Origin: Macrostomum lignano | Taxonomy: Eukaryota | Assembly: GCA_002269645.1 (NCBI GenBank) | Contig: NIVC01002186.1 | Span: forward strand, 62,001-126,000 | Length of the DNA: 64,000 nt | Direction of reading: 5' to 3' | Shown: in pieces, positions 37,264 through 49,615 of the stretch | Numbering within the stretch: position 1 is the first letter of the stretch | How the letters are laid out: the number at the start of each line of letters is the position of its first letter | Program-made: the position numbers and the translations under genes | Notes under the pieces: model-generated | What the model was told of the DNA's origin: nothing | The model's database searches: none | The model's input: the letters and a program-made list of their open reading frames with translations, nothing else

Positions 37264-40200
37264 ATGGATGTCGAGTACGATATTATTGTTTTGGGTACTG
37301 GACTGAAGGTAATTTTTGTTTTTGTCATTCTTTAGTAGCTGAGTTTTTTTACTATAAATTGTCATTCAGTAATTTACCACAGCACTGACTTCACTAAGTA
37401 ATTTGCAAACACTAAGAAAATGACTAGACATCACAGGAATCTAAGACAAGAGTAAACTTAAGTGGCAAGTTTTCAAACAGATATAAATATAAAAGCTAAA
37501 AAAATGTCTAATAATAGGTCTAACTTTTGATAAATCAGTTATCTAGATAGTGAGTATATAGACTAGTCTGTTGATAAGATTATAGTGATATTTTAAATGG
37601 CAATGCTTTTTTAGCTAGCATTGGTCAAATAAGCTCATCACTATTTTGCTAATACCATTAAAAAATGTAACTTTTTTATTTAGTTGGCATTAGTCAAATA
37701 AGCTCATCAATTGTTTAGCTAGCATTCTTGCCCTATTACTAGTTAGGATAGATTTCTTACACAAAAGTTTTTACATGTTTATATGCAAATAATTATATAT
37801 TGTCAATTTTATGCACACTTGTGTTTATATACTTTTAGTAAAGGTATTGGCAATGACTAGAGTTCCGGCATTAGAACCCATTTTCTAATGGATACGGATC
37901 TGGCAGTGCCATTATAACATAGATAGAACATCATATTTTTCTTTCTACAGATGGCTGATATTAAGATTTTGTTCTGGATTAAAATTTAAGATAATATGAT
38001 AAGATTCAAGATGAGATGTTTCTAATATTCAGACTTCTTAAGATATGTTCTTAGCAGTCTTTATATGCTTCTATATGGCATTGCTAGACCCCTAGCTGTT
38101 AGAAAATGGGTTCCAGTGCTAGAACTCTAGCCATTACCAAAGGTATATGCTTATGTGCACTTGTACAAAAAGAATCACAGGCTTTTGAGTTTTTTATATA
38201 ATGCATAGACTTACAATATGGTAAGTTTAACATTAGGCAATTATTATTGTTATTGTGACCATATAAATAGCAAGATGGTTATTTTTATGGTCAACCCTTA
38301 AAACAAATACTATCTAAATAAAGTGATAAACTTGCTGTATAAATACTAAGAATAAGATGGTTAATTTTAAAAATATATTTTTTTTAATTTAAAATAAAAG
38401 TATTTCTTATTTTACAAAACAAGGCCTTGTGTCTTTTTAGCTAAATCCACTTTTCTTTGGCTTTAATAGAGTATTTTGGCGAAAATGTGATCAAAATTGG
38501 TGAAGAATTGCTCTCTCTAGAGCATTATAGACATACAAATATCAGAGATTTTGTATATTACATTTGTAGATTTAATGCAAACCAGTAATCACTAAGACTA
38601 AAAATGGCTTGATAGGCTGCTTGCAATGTAAAATTAGAAAGAAGGCTACATCATAGTCTGGATCATGGCAGGCTTATGCTAGGATAAAAAATCTAGTTTT
38701 TTGTTTTATGCAAGCAAGTAAAAATGTATACCAAAAATAATATTACTTAGGCCTATACATCCAACTTTTTACAATATATTCTTTTAAAAACAAAAATATT
38801 TCCTAAAATTTAAAGTGTAAATTCTTTCCAGAAATTTTTATTCTTTGTTTTACTTTTTTTCTATTAGTTTTTTAATGAAGTTAGATTACCTAATTTTTGG
38901 TTGAAATTTTGATTGAAACAAATTATTTAGTTTACTAGGTTTTTTACTAGCCTATTATAGTGTAAATATGATTAATAAAAGTTTTTGTATAGCCTTAGTA
39001 TGTTATTAACTACACTGTAGGCCTAATGCATTATAAAAGAATTTATATAGAGTTTGGGTTAGCTTGCAACATTACTAAATAGTAATGTAATGATATCTGA
39101 TGCAATTTTAATGTGCAAGTTTGGATCCAGAATGCCAAAGGGCAATATCTGATCCTTAAAAACCCATGTGCCACACTATTAATAAACGATCATCTCTACA
39201 AAAATATCAAACAGGAATGCATTCTCAGCGGTCTGATGTCAGTCAGTGGCAAGAAGGTGCTGCACATGGACCGCAATAATTACTATGGCGGAGACAGTGC
39301 TTCAATCACGCCATTGAATGACCTGTTTGGCATGTTCAAGATGGGCGATCCGCCAGCCTATTTGGAGAAATTCCGTGACTGGAACGTCGACTTAATCCCC
39401 AAATTTCTCATGGCCAATGGCGCCCTGGTCAAGCTGCTGCTATTCACTGGCGTCACTCGCTACCTCGAGTTCAAGAGCGTTGAGGGTAGCTACGTTTACA
39501 AGGGCGGCAAGATTCACAAGGTGCCGTGCAACGAGAAGGAGGCCCTAGCCAGCTCGCTTATGGGCATGTTTGAGAAGCGAAGGTTTGTCAGAATTTAATA
39601 CAATATTCTGCATGTGTACAGTTTCTCTCTCTGTTTCACTGACTCGTTGATACCTTCTGATTCTTTAGGGGTCACTGACTCCCTTCTACCCTCCCGATAC
39701 TTCAGGGGTCACTGACTCCCTTCTACCCTCCCGATACTTCAGGGGTCACTGACTCCCTTCTACCCTCCCGATACTTCAGGGGTCACTGACTCCCTTCTAC
39801 CCTCCCGATACTTCAGGGGTCAATGACTCCCTTCTACCCTCCCGATTCTTTAGGGGTCACTGACTCCCTGCAACCCTCCGATTCTTTAGGGGTCACTGAC
39901 TCCCTTCTACCCTCCGATTCTTTAGGGGTCACTGACTCCCTTCTACCCTCCCGATACTTCAGGGGTCACTGACTCCCTGCAACCCTCCGATTCTTTAGGG
40001 GTCACTGACTCCCTGCAACCCTCCGATTCTTTAGGGGTCACTGACTCCCTTCTACCCTCCGATTCTTTAGGGGTCACTGACTCCCTTCTACCCTCCCGAT
40101 ACTTCAGGGGTCACTGACTCCTTGCTACCCTCCGATTCTTTAGGGGTCACTGACCTGCAACCCTCCCGATACTTCAGGGGTCACTGACTCCCTGCAACCC

Positions 40201-43200
40201 TCCGATTCTTTAGGGGTCACTGACTCCCTGCAACCCTCCGATTCTTTAGGGGTCACTGACTCCCTTCTACCCTCCGATTCTTTAGGGGTCACTGACTCCC
40301 TTCTACCCTCCCGATACTTCAGGGGTCACTGACTCCCTGCTACCCTCCGATTCTTTAGGGGTCACTGACTCCCTTCTACCCTCCGATTCTTTAGGGGTCA
40401 CTGACTCCCTTCTACCCTCCGATTCTTTAGGGGTCGCTGACTACCTTCTACCCTCCGATTCTTTAGGGGTCGCTGACTACCTGCTACCCTCCGATTCTTT
40501 AGGGGTCACTGACTCCCTGCTACCATCCGATACTTCAGGGGTCACTGACTGCCTGCTTCCCCCAAGCCTTAAGCAGCTAACGAGTCTCAGATTATTTGAA
40601 GTCTTCCAACAAAAAATTTAATAATTGGCTTACTTCATTCTCAATCTCGCACCCCTTATCCAGGTTCCGCAAGTTCCTCATCTGGGCGCAGAACATTGAC
40701 GAGAACAACCGCGCCACCTGGGAGGGCATCGACATTCACAAGGACACGGTCAAGGCCGCCTACGAGAAATTCGGCGTCGACCAGAACACCACCGATTTCA
40801 CTGGGCACGCCATCTGCCTGTATCTTAACGACGGATATATGAGCAGTCCGGCTATTGAAGCCATCAGGCGCATCAAGCTGTACAGCGAGTCGCTGGCCAG
40901 GTAACTATGTGTGTTTTAATACTAAGCTATCTATCGGAAACCCTTTAAAAAATTGGTGTACTTTAAATAGTATACTGTGTACTTTAAATAGTATACTGTG
41001 TGCTTTAAATAGTATACCTTGTACTTTAAGTTGTATACTGTGTACTTTAAATAGTATACCTTGTACTTTAAGTTGTATACTGTGTACTTTAAATTGTATA
41101 CTGTGTACTTTAAATTGTATACTGTGTACTTTAAATTGTATACTGTGTACTTTAAATTGTATACCTTGTACTTTAAATAGTATACCTTGTACTTTAAGTT
41201 GTATACTGTGTACTTTAAATTGTATACTGTGTACTTTAAATTGTATACTGTGTACTTTAAATTGTATACTGTGTACTTTAAATTGTATACCTTGTACTAT
41301 AAATATTATATACCGTGTACTTTAATATCACTTTAATGTACGGAACAACTAATACAAACAATATATGCCGGTATTAAGCATTTTTAACAATTGGAATTCA
41401 AGCCAATTTTCTATCAAAACTATGATTTTATAGTATTTTATAGTAGTCTATAGTATTAATATAGTATAGTGCTATCTCTTTTTTTTAGTAACAAAGCATT
41501 AAAAGTGTCATCCCCAGATAATGCAGGCACACATGAACTACAAATTATCGTCACCTGCAAATTTTCTCTCGCGTACACGAAAATTGGTTAGAGGGGAGGG
41601 GCCTGTACTTGCGATTCACGTCCGTTTAGGACTAAACCTCCCAAGATCGCACAGTGGGTGCATGTGTACAATTGTACATGCCCTGTGCCTAAAAACCATT
41701 AAAATGGCACGCTCGGCTGATTGGTTTTATGAATCTATTTTATCATTCTTAGCTGACTGTGTAACAGTATGTGTAACGGAGATTATAAAATATATTCATG
41801 AAACGAAAGAGTCAAGCTGTGCCATGCATTTTGATGATTTTTAGGTACAGGGAATGTAGGTTCAGAAAAATAGAATCCTAATTTTCTGAATGAAAAGCTT
41901 TATGAATATCAATATAGTTAAAAAAAAGGCACAACATATCAAAAGATAAACATTGGTTCTGTGCCCTATCGAAAGCAATAACAATTATTGTGCTGAAAAT
42001 GAAAACTTCCTGTCTTTAGTTGATTATGTGTCAAAAACCAGCCTCCTTAACATTTTCTAAGAAACATTGTTTCCGTACTACTTTGATGAGATGATGAGAA
42101 ACTCTGGTCTCGTTCTCAGGGGTCAGCAGAATGGGCACGAATGCTTGTCGACTGTCTACAGCGTCCAGCAGCCTTGGTTTCAATCCCCTCTCCTCTTCCC
42201 CAGGTACGGCAGCTCGCCCTACCTGTACCCGATGTACGGCCTTGGCGAGCTGCCGCAAGGCTTCGCCCGCCTGTCGGCCGTGTACGGCGGCACCTACATG
42301 CTCAACAAGCCGGACGCTGAGATTGTCTTCGACGAGACTGGCGCCGTAGCCGGCGTGCAGTCTGAAGGCCAGGTGGCCAAGTGCAAAGCCGTCATCTGCG
42401 ATCCCAACTATGCCACGGATCGGGTGCGCAAAGTTGGCAGCGTTATCCGGGCTATCTGCATCCTACGGCACCCAATCCCGGACACTGGGGACAAACTGTC
42501 CGCCCAAATTATCATTCCGCAGAATCAGGTCAACAGGAAGAACGGTATGTCAATAATCTCTTTCAAGAGTAGTTTCCAAGAAAGTGCTTGTTTTTCTTAG
42601 AAAAAATAAAAGTTAGAAACAGGCGGACTGAAAGCTGGCAAATAGGTGTACGGGAGCTGGCAAATAGGTGTATGGGAGCTGGCAAATAGGTGTATGGGAG
42701 CTGGAATGAATATAGGTGTAGTGAAGTTGAAAAATAGGTGTACCCGGTATGGGAGCTGGGAAACAGGTGTAATGGAAGCTGGGAAACAGGTGTAATGGAA
42801 GCTGGGAAACAGGTGTATAGAAGCTGGGAAACAGGTGTATAGAAGCTGGGAAACAGGTGTAATGGAAGCTGGGAAACAGGTGTAATGGAAGCTGGGAAAC
42901 AGGTGTAATGGAAGCTGGGAAACAGGTGTAATGGAAGCTGGGAAACAGGTGTATAGAAGCTGGGAAACAGGTGTAATGGAAGCTGGGAAACAGGTGTAAT
43001 GGAAGCTGGGAAACAGGTGTAATGGAAGCTGGGAAACAGGTGTAATGGAAGCTGGGAAACAGGTGTATAGAAGCTGGGAAACAGGTTTAATGGAAGCTGG
43101 GAAACAGGTGTATAGAAGCTGGGAAACAGGTGTATAGACGCTGGGAAACAGGTGTAATGGAAGCTGGGAAACAGGTGTATAGAAGCTGGGAAACAGGTGT

Positions 43201-46200
43201 ATAGAAGCTGGGAAACAGGTGTATAGAAGCTGGGAAACAGGTGTATAGAAGCTGGGAAACAGGTGTAATGAAAGCTGGGAAACAGGTGTAATGAAAGCTG
43301 GGAAACAGGTGTAATGAAAGCTGGGAAACAGGTGTATAGAAGCTGGGAAACAGGTGTAATGGAAGCTGGGAAACAGGTGTATAGAAGCTGGGAAACAGGT
43401 GTATAGAAGCTGGGAAACAGGTGTATAGAAGCTGGGAAACAGGTGTATAGAAGCTGGGAAACAGGTGTAATGGAAGCTGGGAAACAGGTGTAATGGAAGC
43501 TGGGAAACAGGTGTAATGGAAGCTGGGAAACAGGTGTATAGAAGCTGGGAAACAGGTGTATAGAAGCTGGGAAACAGGTGTATAGAAGCTGGGAAACAGG
43601 TGTATAGAAGCTGGGAAACAGGTGTATAGAAGCTGGGAAACAGGTGTAATGGAAGCTGGGAAACAGGTGTAATGGAAGCTGGGAAACAGGTGTAATGGAA
43701 GCTGGGAAACAGGTGTATAGAAGCTGGGAAACAGGTGTATAGAAGCTGGGAAACAGGTGTAATGGAAGCTGGGAAACAGGTGTATAGAAGCTGGGAAACA
43801 GGTGTATAGAAGCTGGGAAACAGGTGTATAGAAGCTGGGAAACAGGTGTATAGAAGCTGGGAAACAGGTGTAATGGAAGCTGGGAAACAGGTGTAATGGA
43901 AGCTGGGAAACAGGTGTAATGGAAGCTGGGAAACAGGTGTATAGAAGCTGGGAAACAGGTGTATAGAAGCTGGGAAACAGGCGGAATGGTAATTGGGTAG
44001 CAGGTGAAATTAATGCATAAATCGACAGTTAGTGCTATGCGCTTGTTGTGCCCTATGTTGAGTGTACAAAAAGGCATATTTTGTGTATGTCTATGTACAT
44101 TTTTCTACAAGCATTGGTTTGTGTGCGGTTCTTTCCTGGGCTTTATCAGCAGTTGGCTGCTCGATAAATTCGAAATTCAGAACAGGCCTCGTTCAAAAGC
44201 ACTGCTTGATAAGAAGGCCGGGCCAATCCCAATATTGCGTTTCGCCTTTTGTAGAAGCAGAATTTTTCGCCTTCAGTTTCGCTTGGGCTAGTTTAACTGA
44301 TTACTTTTCATTTGTGAAGAATTTGGCTATCAATAGATATACGTGAAAATCAGCGGGGAGATGGATCAGAGGCGAATGTGAGAATAGCGAGGGGAGAATG
44401 TAAGAACCAAATAGGAGAGGGTGAGAATCAGATTGGAGAGGGTGAGAATCAGATTGGAGAGGGTGAGAATCAGATTTGAGAGGAGAATCAGATTGGAGAG
44501 GGTGAGAATCAGATTGGAGAGGGTGAGAATCAGATGACAGAGGGTGAGAATCAGATAAAGAGGGTGAGAATAAGATGGAGAGGGTGAGAATCAGATGGAG
44601 AGGGTGAGAATCAGATGGGAGGGTGAGAATCAGATGGAGAGGATGAGAATCAGATGGGAGAGTGAGAATCAGATAGGAGAGTGTGAGAATCAGATAGGAG
44701 AGTGTGAGAATCAGATGGGAGAGGATGAGACTCGGAGTGGATAGGGTGAGAATTAGAGGAGAGGGTGAGAATCAGATGGAGAGGGTGAGAATTAGATGGG
44801 AGGGTGAGAATCAGATGGGAGGGTGAGAATCAGATAGGAGAGTGTGAGAATCAGATGGGAGAGGATGAGACTCGGAGTGGAGAGGGGGGGAGAATTAGAG
44901 TGGAGAGGGGGAGAATTAGAGTGGAGAGGGAGAGGGGGAGAATTAGAGTGGAGAGGGAGAGGGGGAGAATTAGAGTGGAGAGAGAGGGGGGAGAATTAGA
45001 GTGGAGAGGGAGAGGGGGAGAATTAGAGTGGAGAGGGAGAGGGGGAGAATTAGAGTGGAGAGGGAGAGGGGGAGAATTAGAGTGGAGAGGGAGAGGGGGA
45101 GAATTAGAGTGGAGAGGGAGAGGGGGAGAATTAGAGTGGAGAGGGAGAGGGGGAGAATTAGAGTGGAGAGGGAGAGGGGGAGAGTTAGAGTGGAGAGGGA
45201 GAGGGGGAGAATTAGAGTGGAGAGGGAGAGGGGGAGAATTAGAGTGGAGAGGGAGAGGGGGAGAATTAGAGTAGAGAGGGAGAGGGGGAGAATTAGAGGG
45301 AGAGGGGGAGAATTAGAGTGAAGAGGGTGAGAATCAGAGAAAAGAGGTTGAGATTCAGAGGAGAGAGGGTGAAAATCAAAGGAGAGAGGGTGAAAATCAA
45401 AGGAGAGAGGGTGAAAATCAAAGGAGAGAGGGTGAAAATCAAAGGAGAGAGGGTGAGAATCAAAGGAGATAGGGTGAGAATCAGAGGAGAGAGGGTGAAA
45501 TTCAAAGGAGAGAGGGTGAGAATCAGAGGAGAGAGGTTGAAAATCAAAGGAGAGAGGGTGAGAATCAGAAGAGGGGGTGAGAATCAGATTGTAGAGGGTG
45601 AGACTCAGCAGGAAAATTAAGAGAATCAGTTGGTAGAGGTAAAGGTGGACAGCAGAGAGAGTTATAGCTCATAGAATGAATGAGCCCCATACTCCGTGCT
45701 GCCTCAGACATCTACGTGTGCGCGGTCTCCTACGCTCACAACGTGGCTTCCAAGCCGAACTTCATCGCCATGGTTTCCACCATCGTTGAGACGGCCAATC
45801 CGCGTGAGGAGCTCCGACCCGGCCTGAACCTGCTTGGCCCGATCGATCAGATCTTCTACAAGGAGAGCGACCTGCTTGAGCCCACCGATAGTGGCGAAAA
45901 GTCCAAGGTAGGCAATTTTGCTGTTGAATGTGGTGTCTTAAGCGTTTTATAGTTTCACGGCTCAGGTGTGGTATAATACGGGTTTTAATAACTCAGGTGT
46001 GGTATAATACGGGTTTAAATGACTCAGGTGTGGTATAATACGGGTTTTAATGACCCCAGGTGTAAAATGTGCGGCTTTTAATGGCCCAGGTGTAAAATGT
46101 GCGGCTTTTAATGGCCCAGGTGTAAAATGTGCGGCTTTTAATGGCCCAGGTGTAAAATGTGCGGCTTTTAATGGCCCAGGTGTAAAATGTGCGGCTTTTA

Positions 46201-46599
46201 ATGGCCCAGGTGTAAAATGTGCGGCTTTTAATGGCCCAGGTGTAAAATGTGCGGCTTTTAATGGCCCAGGTGTAAAATGTGCGGCTTTTAATGGCCCAGG
46301 TGTAAAATGTGCGGCTTTTAATGGCCCAGGTGTAAAATGTGCGGCTTTTAATGGCCCAGGTGTAAAATGTGCGGCTTTTAATGACCCAGGTGTAAAATGT
46401 GCGGATTTCGAGGAGCCATAACCATCCTATCATGCTCCCCCTTCCTCGCCCTCAGGTGTACATCTCGAAGAGCTACGACGCCACCACGCACTTTGAGACC
46501 ACTTGCCGCGACGTTCTGGACGTCTACGAGCGCCTGATGGGCGAGAAATTCGACTTCAGCAAAGTGCAGGACAAGATTGTTAATGCCGAGGACGACTAA
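37264..46599 (+). CDS. GDI: Rab GDP dissociation inhibitor (6 exons, 444 aa)
   Basis: Exons 37264-37308, 39215-39582, 40664-40900, 42204-42544, 45708-45907, 46456-46599 give 1335 nt with consistent phases. [15 protein letters not shown]|[74 protein letters not shown] and [17 protein letters not shown] are hallmark Rab GDI motifs. Confidence 0.97.
37849..38138. mobile_element. MULE-type MITE in Rab GDI intron 1 (290 bp)
   Basis: 63-bp imperfect TIRs (GGCAATGACTAGAGTTCCGG... and ...CTAGAACTCTAGCCATTACC), flanked by AAAGGTATT and AAAGGTATA (9-bp TSD with one mismatch). Confidence 0.75.
39655..40555. repeat. 36-37 bp array GGGGTCACTGACTCCCTTCTACCCTCCGATTCTTTA, GDI intron 2
   Basis: About 24 copies. 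Confidence 0.95.
40950..41325. repeat. 24-bp array TGTACTTTAAATTGTATACTGTG-type, GDI intron 3
   Basis: Direct inspection. Confidence 0.92.
42640..43980. repeat. 22/23-bp array AGCTGGGAAACAGGTGTA(TAG/ATGG)A, GDI intron 4
   Basis: About 58 copies of two interspersed variants. Confidence 0.97.
44410..45600. repeat. Compound purine-rich arrays (GAGGGTGAGAATCAGAT; GAGAGGGGGAGAATTAGAGTGGAGAGG; GAGAGGGTGAAAATCAAAGGA), GDI intron 4
   Basis: Three related units that grade into one another. Confidence 0.92.
45960..46405. repeat. 30-bp array GGCCCAGGTGTAAAATGTGCGGCTTTTAAT, GDI intron 5
   Basis: About 12 near-perfect copies plus 3 diverged 5' copies. Confidence 0.97.
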
Positions 46600-47344
46600 A
46601 GCACTGGATTGGAAGCCGTGATTGAATAACTTGACTGACTGAAACTATTATTAACGCAAAACTAATCGGTGGGTGGAGTCAGACACTCGGTTCTCTCTCT
46701 CTCTCTCTTTCATTTCCCTGGCTCTCCCCTTTTTTGTTGCTTTTGTTTCTGTTTCGTTGCTCGCCGAAAATTTCCAATAACAAATCGCCTGCAGACGGAG
46801 TGTGTACGTTCGTAAAAAATATTAATAAATATTTTTGGGTACAGATTTACGGTGATTTCATTAGCAATATATTAGTTATTAATTCTTAGTGTTTTAGTTA
46901 ACAATCGGTTATAATTATGTCAGATTACTAACTATATACAATATATGCAAGACTTTAATGTGCTTTGCCACTCACAAGCCCCTCCAAAAAGATAATGCTT
47001 AATAGTCTAACTTTATTTTTATTGTTGTTTTGTCTTGTCTCCCGCCCCCGATCTTCTGCCTGCCTGCCTACTGCAACTGAAAAGCCGGTTTTGTGCGTGT
47101 TTGCTTTCTATCATCTTATATCTGTTTGTGTTGGCACTGGTATTGCTTAATTATTACTTTTTCATAGCGGTGTAGTACTTGCAGTAGTATCTTTTATTTT
47201 AGTTTTTTTTGTTGCGCTGGACTGCCGTCAAACTGTTATAACTATTAATATCGTTATATGGCATGTTTTTTTGATTAGTAATTTGTATCGCGTAAATTCA
47301 GTACCCAACTAAAATATGTGTGTGTTAGCCGAGATCAAACCTTA

Positions 47345-48370
47345 GGACCACCACAGGTATGTTTGTAAACAAAGCCAATAATAGAGTGCAGTCACATTGG
47401 AGATCGAACCTAGGACCACCACAGGTATGTTTGTAAACAAAGCCAATAATAGAGTGCAGTCACATTGGAGATCGAACCTAGGACCACCACAGGTATGTTT
47501 GTAAACAAAGCTAATAATAGGGTGCAGTCACGTTGGAGATCGAACCTAGGACCACCACAGGTATGTTTGTAAACAAAGCCAATAATAGAGTGCAGTCACA
47601 TTGGAGATCGAACCTAGGACCACCACAGGTATGTTTGTAAACAAAGCTAATAATAGGGTGCAGTCACATTGGAGATCGAACCTAGGACCACCACAGGTAT
47701 GTTTGTAAACAAAGCCAATAATAGGGTGCAGTCACATTGGAGATCGAACCTAGGACCACCACAGGTATGTTTGTAAACAAAGCTAATAATAGGGTGCAGT
47801 CACATTGGAGATCGAACCTAGGACCACCACAGGTATGTTTGTAAACAAAGCCAATAATAGGGTGCAGTCACATTGGAGATCGAACCTAGGACCACCACAG
47901 GTATGTTTGTAAACAAAGCCAATAATAGGGTGCAGTCACATTGGAGATCGAACCTAGGACCACCACAGGTATGTTTGTAAACAAAGCTAATAATAGGGTG
48001 CAGTCACGTTGGAGATCGAACCTAGGACCACCACAGGTATGTTTGTAAACAAAGCCAATAATAGGGTGCAGTCACATTGGAGATCGAACCTAGGACCACC
48101 ACAGGTATGTTTGTAAACAAAGCCAATAATAGGGTGCAGTCACGTTGGAGATCGAACCTAGGACCACCACAGGTATGTTTGTAAACAAAGCCAATAATAG
48201 GGTGCAGTCACATTGGAGATCGAACCTAGGACCACCACAGGTATGTTTGTAAACAAAGCCAATAATAGGGTGCAGTCACGTTGGAGATCGAACCTAGGAC
48301 CACCACAGGTATGTTTGTAAACAAAGCCAATAATAGTGTGCAGTCACATTGGAAATCGAACCTAGGACCT
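47345..48370. repeat. 68-bp array containing a tRNA T-loop-like GGTTCGATCTCC on the minus strand
   Basis: Period 68 (47345, 47413, 47481...), about 15 copies. Confidence 0.95.
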
Positions 48371-49319
48371 ACATGTAGAACCTAGAACTTGGAACTGCTT
48401 GATACTCTATAGGCTTTATCGTACACACACAGGTACGCCTTGATTGATCTTGATTGTTTCCTTGATTATCTATCTATCTATTAACAACTTAATATCCGGT
48501 TCCGTTTGTGTTACTCTTGCTGTGTGCAAAGTTGAATTTGTTAAAATATTTTGTGATCAAAATTTGCAAATAATACTACTACTGAAACTACTATAAATAT
48601 AATTCTGTCAATTTTCATTAAAATAAGATCTTATTTGATTTCGCAGTCGGCTTGGCTTTTCCGTTTTCTGTCTCGCTTTCCTCTCTGATAAATTTTCAAT
48701 CTGTTATTTAATTATTAATTATTAGTCTAGGCTCGCACTGCTATTGGGTGTCAGCGTCTGTGTCAATGTCGCACTTGTTCGCATAATATTCCTCTCTTTA
48801 TATTCATATATAATTATCGCTTGTTTATTCACGATTCTTATACTGTTATAATTATAGTTATTATGATTACTATTATTTATGCTTATAAAGTTTATAAAGT
48901 AACTTACTGAGTCGCACTTGGCCCCCTCCCAATATTGATAAAACACACCGATCCTGATGATGTTAATGATGACTGGCTTGAGCCTCTGTTGTCTCCGCTA
49001 CCCTTTGTCTGTGCCCCCCGCCCCCTGATTTATTTGTTGTTGTTGAGGCTACAAAAATGTTGAGTATGCTATAATAATTATTATTACTACAAGTCTGAGG
49101 TTTCACCACGCCCCGTGTGTTCCTGTTTTGGCAACACTTTAAAAAGTTCTTCTGCTATTCTGTTAAGTCGTTTCTCGTCTTATATATTTAACAACTAAAC
49201 AGTCTGTTTGATCTGGTCTGTTGTCTCCCAGGCTTTGTTATTTCATTTGCGTCCTCTCCTACTGCCTCAATTTGAGTAGTATAGTACGATTCCTTTAGTA
49301 TTATAATACACTTCTTATA

Positions 49320-49615
49320 TAGAATGTTGAGGGCAGGCACGTACATTGTGCACTCTTAAAGTACAATAATTGATCACAGCTCAGCCGCAGCTATTGCGCG
49401 GCGCATCTGAAGGCTGCTCACGACTACGACTGTTCAGTCCAAGGACTGGGAAGTCGCCACACGCACCCTCAGTTACCCCAGCTAATGCTGGCACCCATTT
49501 TACAGCTGGGTGAACTGAAGCAATGCAGAGTTAAGTGTCTTGCTCAAGGACACAAATTGTTCTGAGTGGGTCAATAATCGAACCCCTGACCTTTCAATCA
49601 CATCACAACCCGTCA
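49320..49615 (-). mobile_element. tRNA-derived CORE-type SINE copy
   Basis: Minus strand reads B-box-like GGTTCGATT, then TGTGTCCTTGAGCAAGACACTTAACTC..CTTCAGTTCACCCAGCTGTAAAATGGG, closely resembling the CORE-SINE (MIR core) consensus from memory. Boundaries approximate. Confidence 0.65.

Noticed and set aside
42060-42200. TGATGA motifs in GDI intron 3 suggesting a C/D snoRNA or hammerhead ribozyme
   Set aside because: No properly placed CTGA D-box, terminal stem or complete CTGATGA..GAAA core with helices found.
42563-44077. 504-aa ORF (YTCFPAS repeats)
   Set aside because: Antisense translation of the GDI intron 4 minisatellite.
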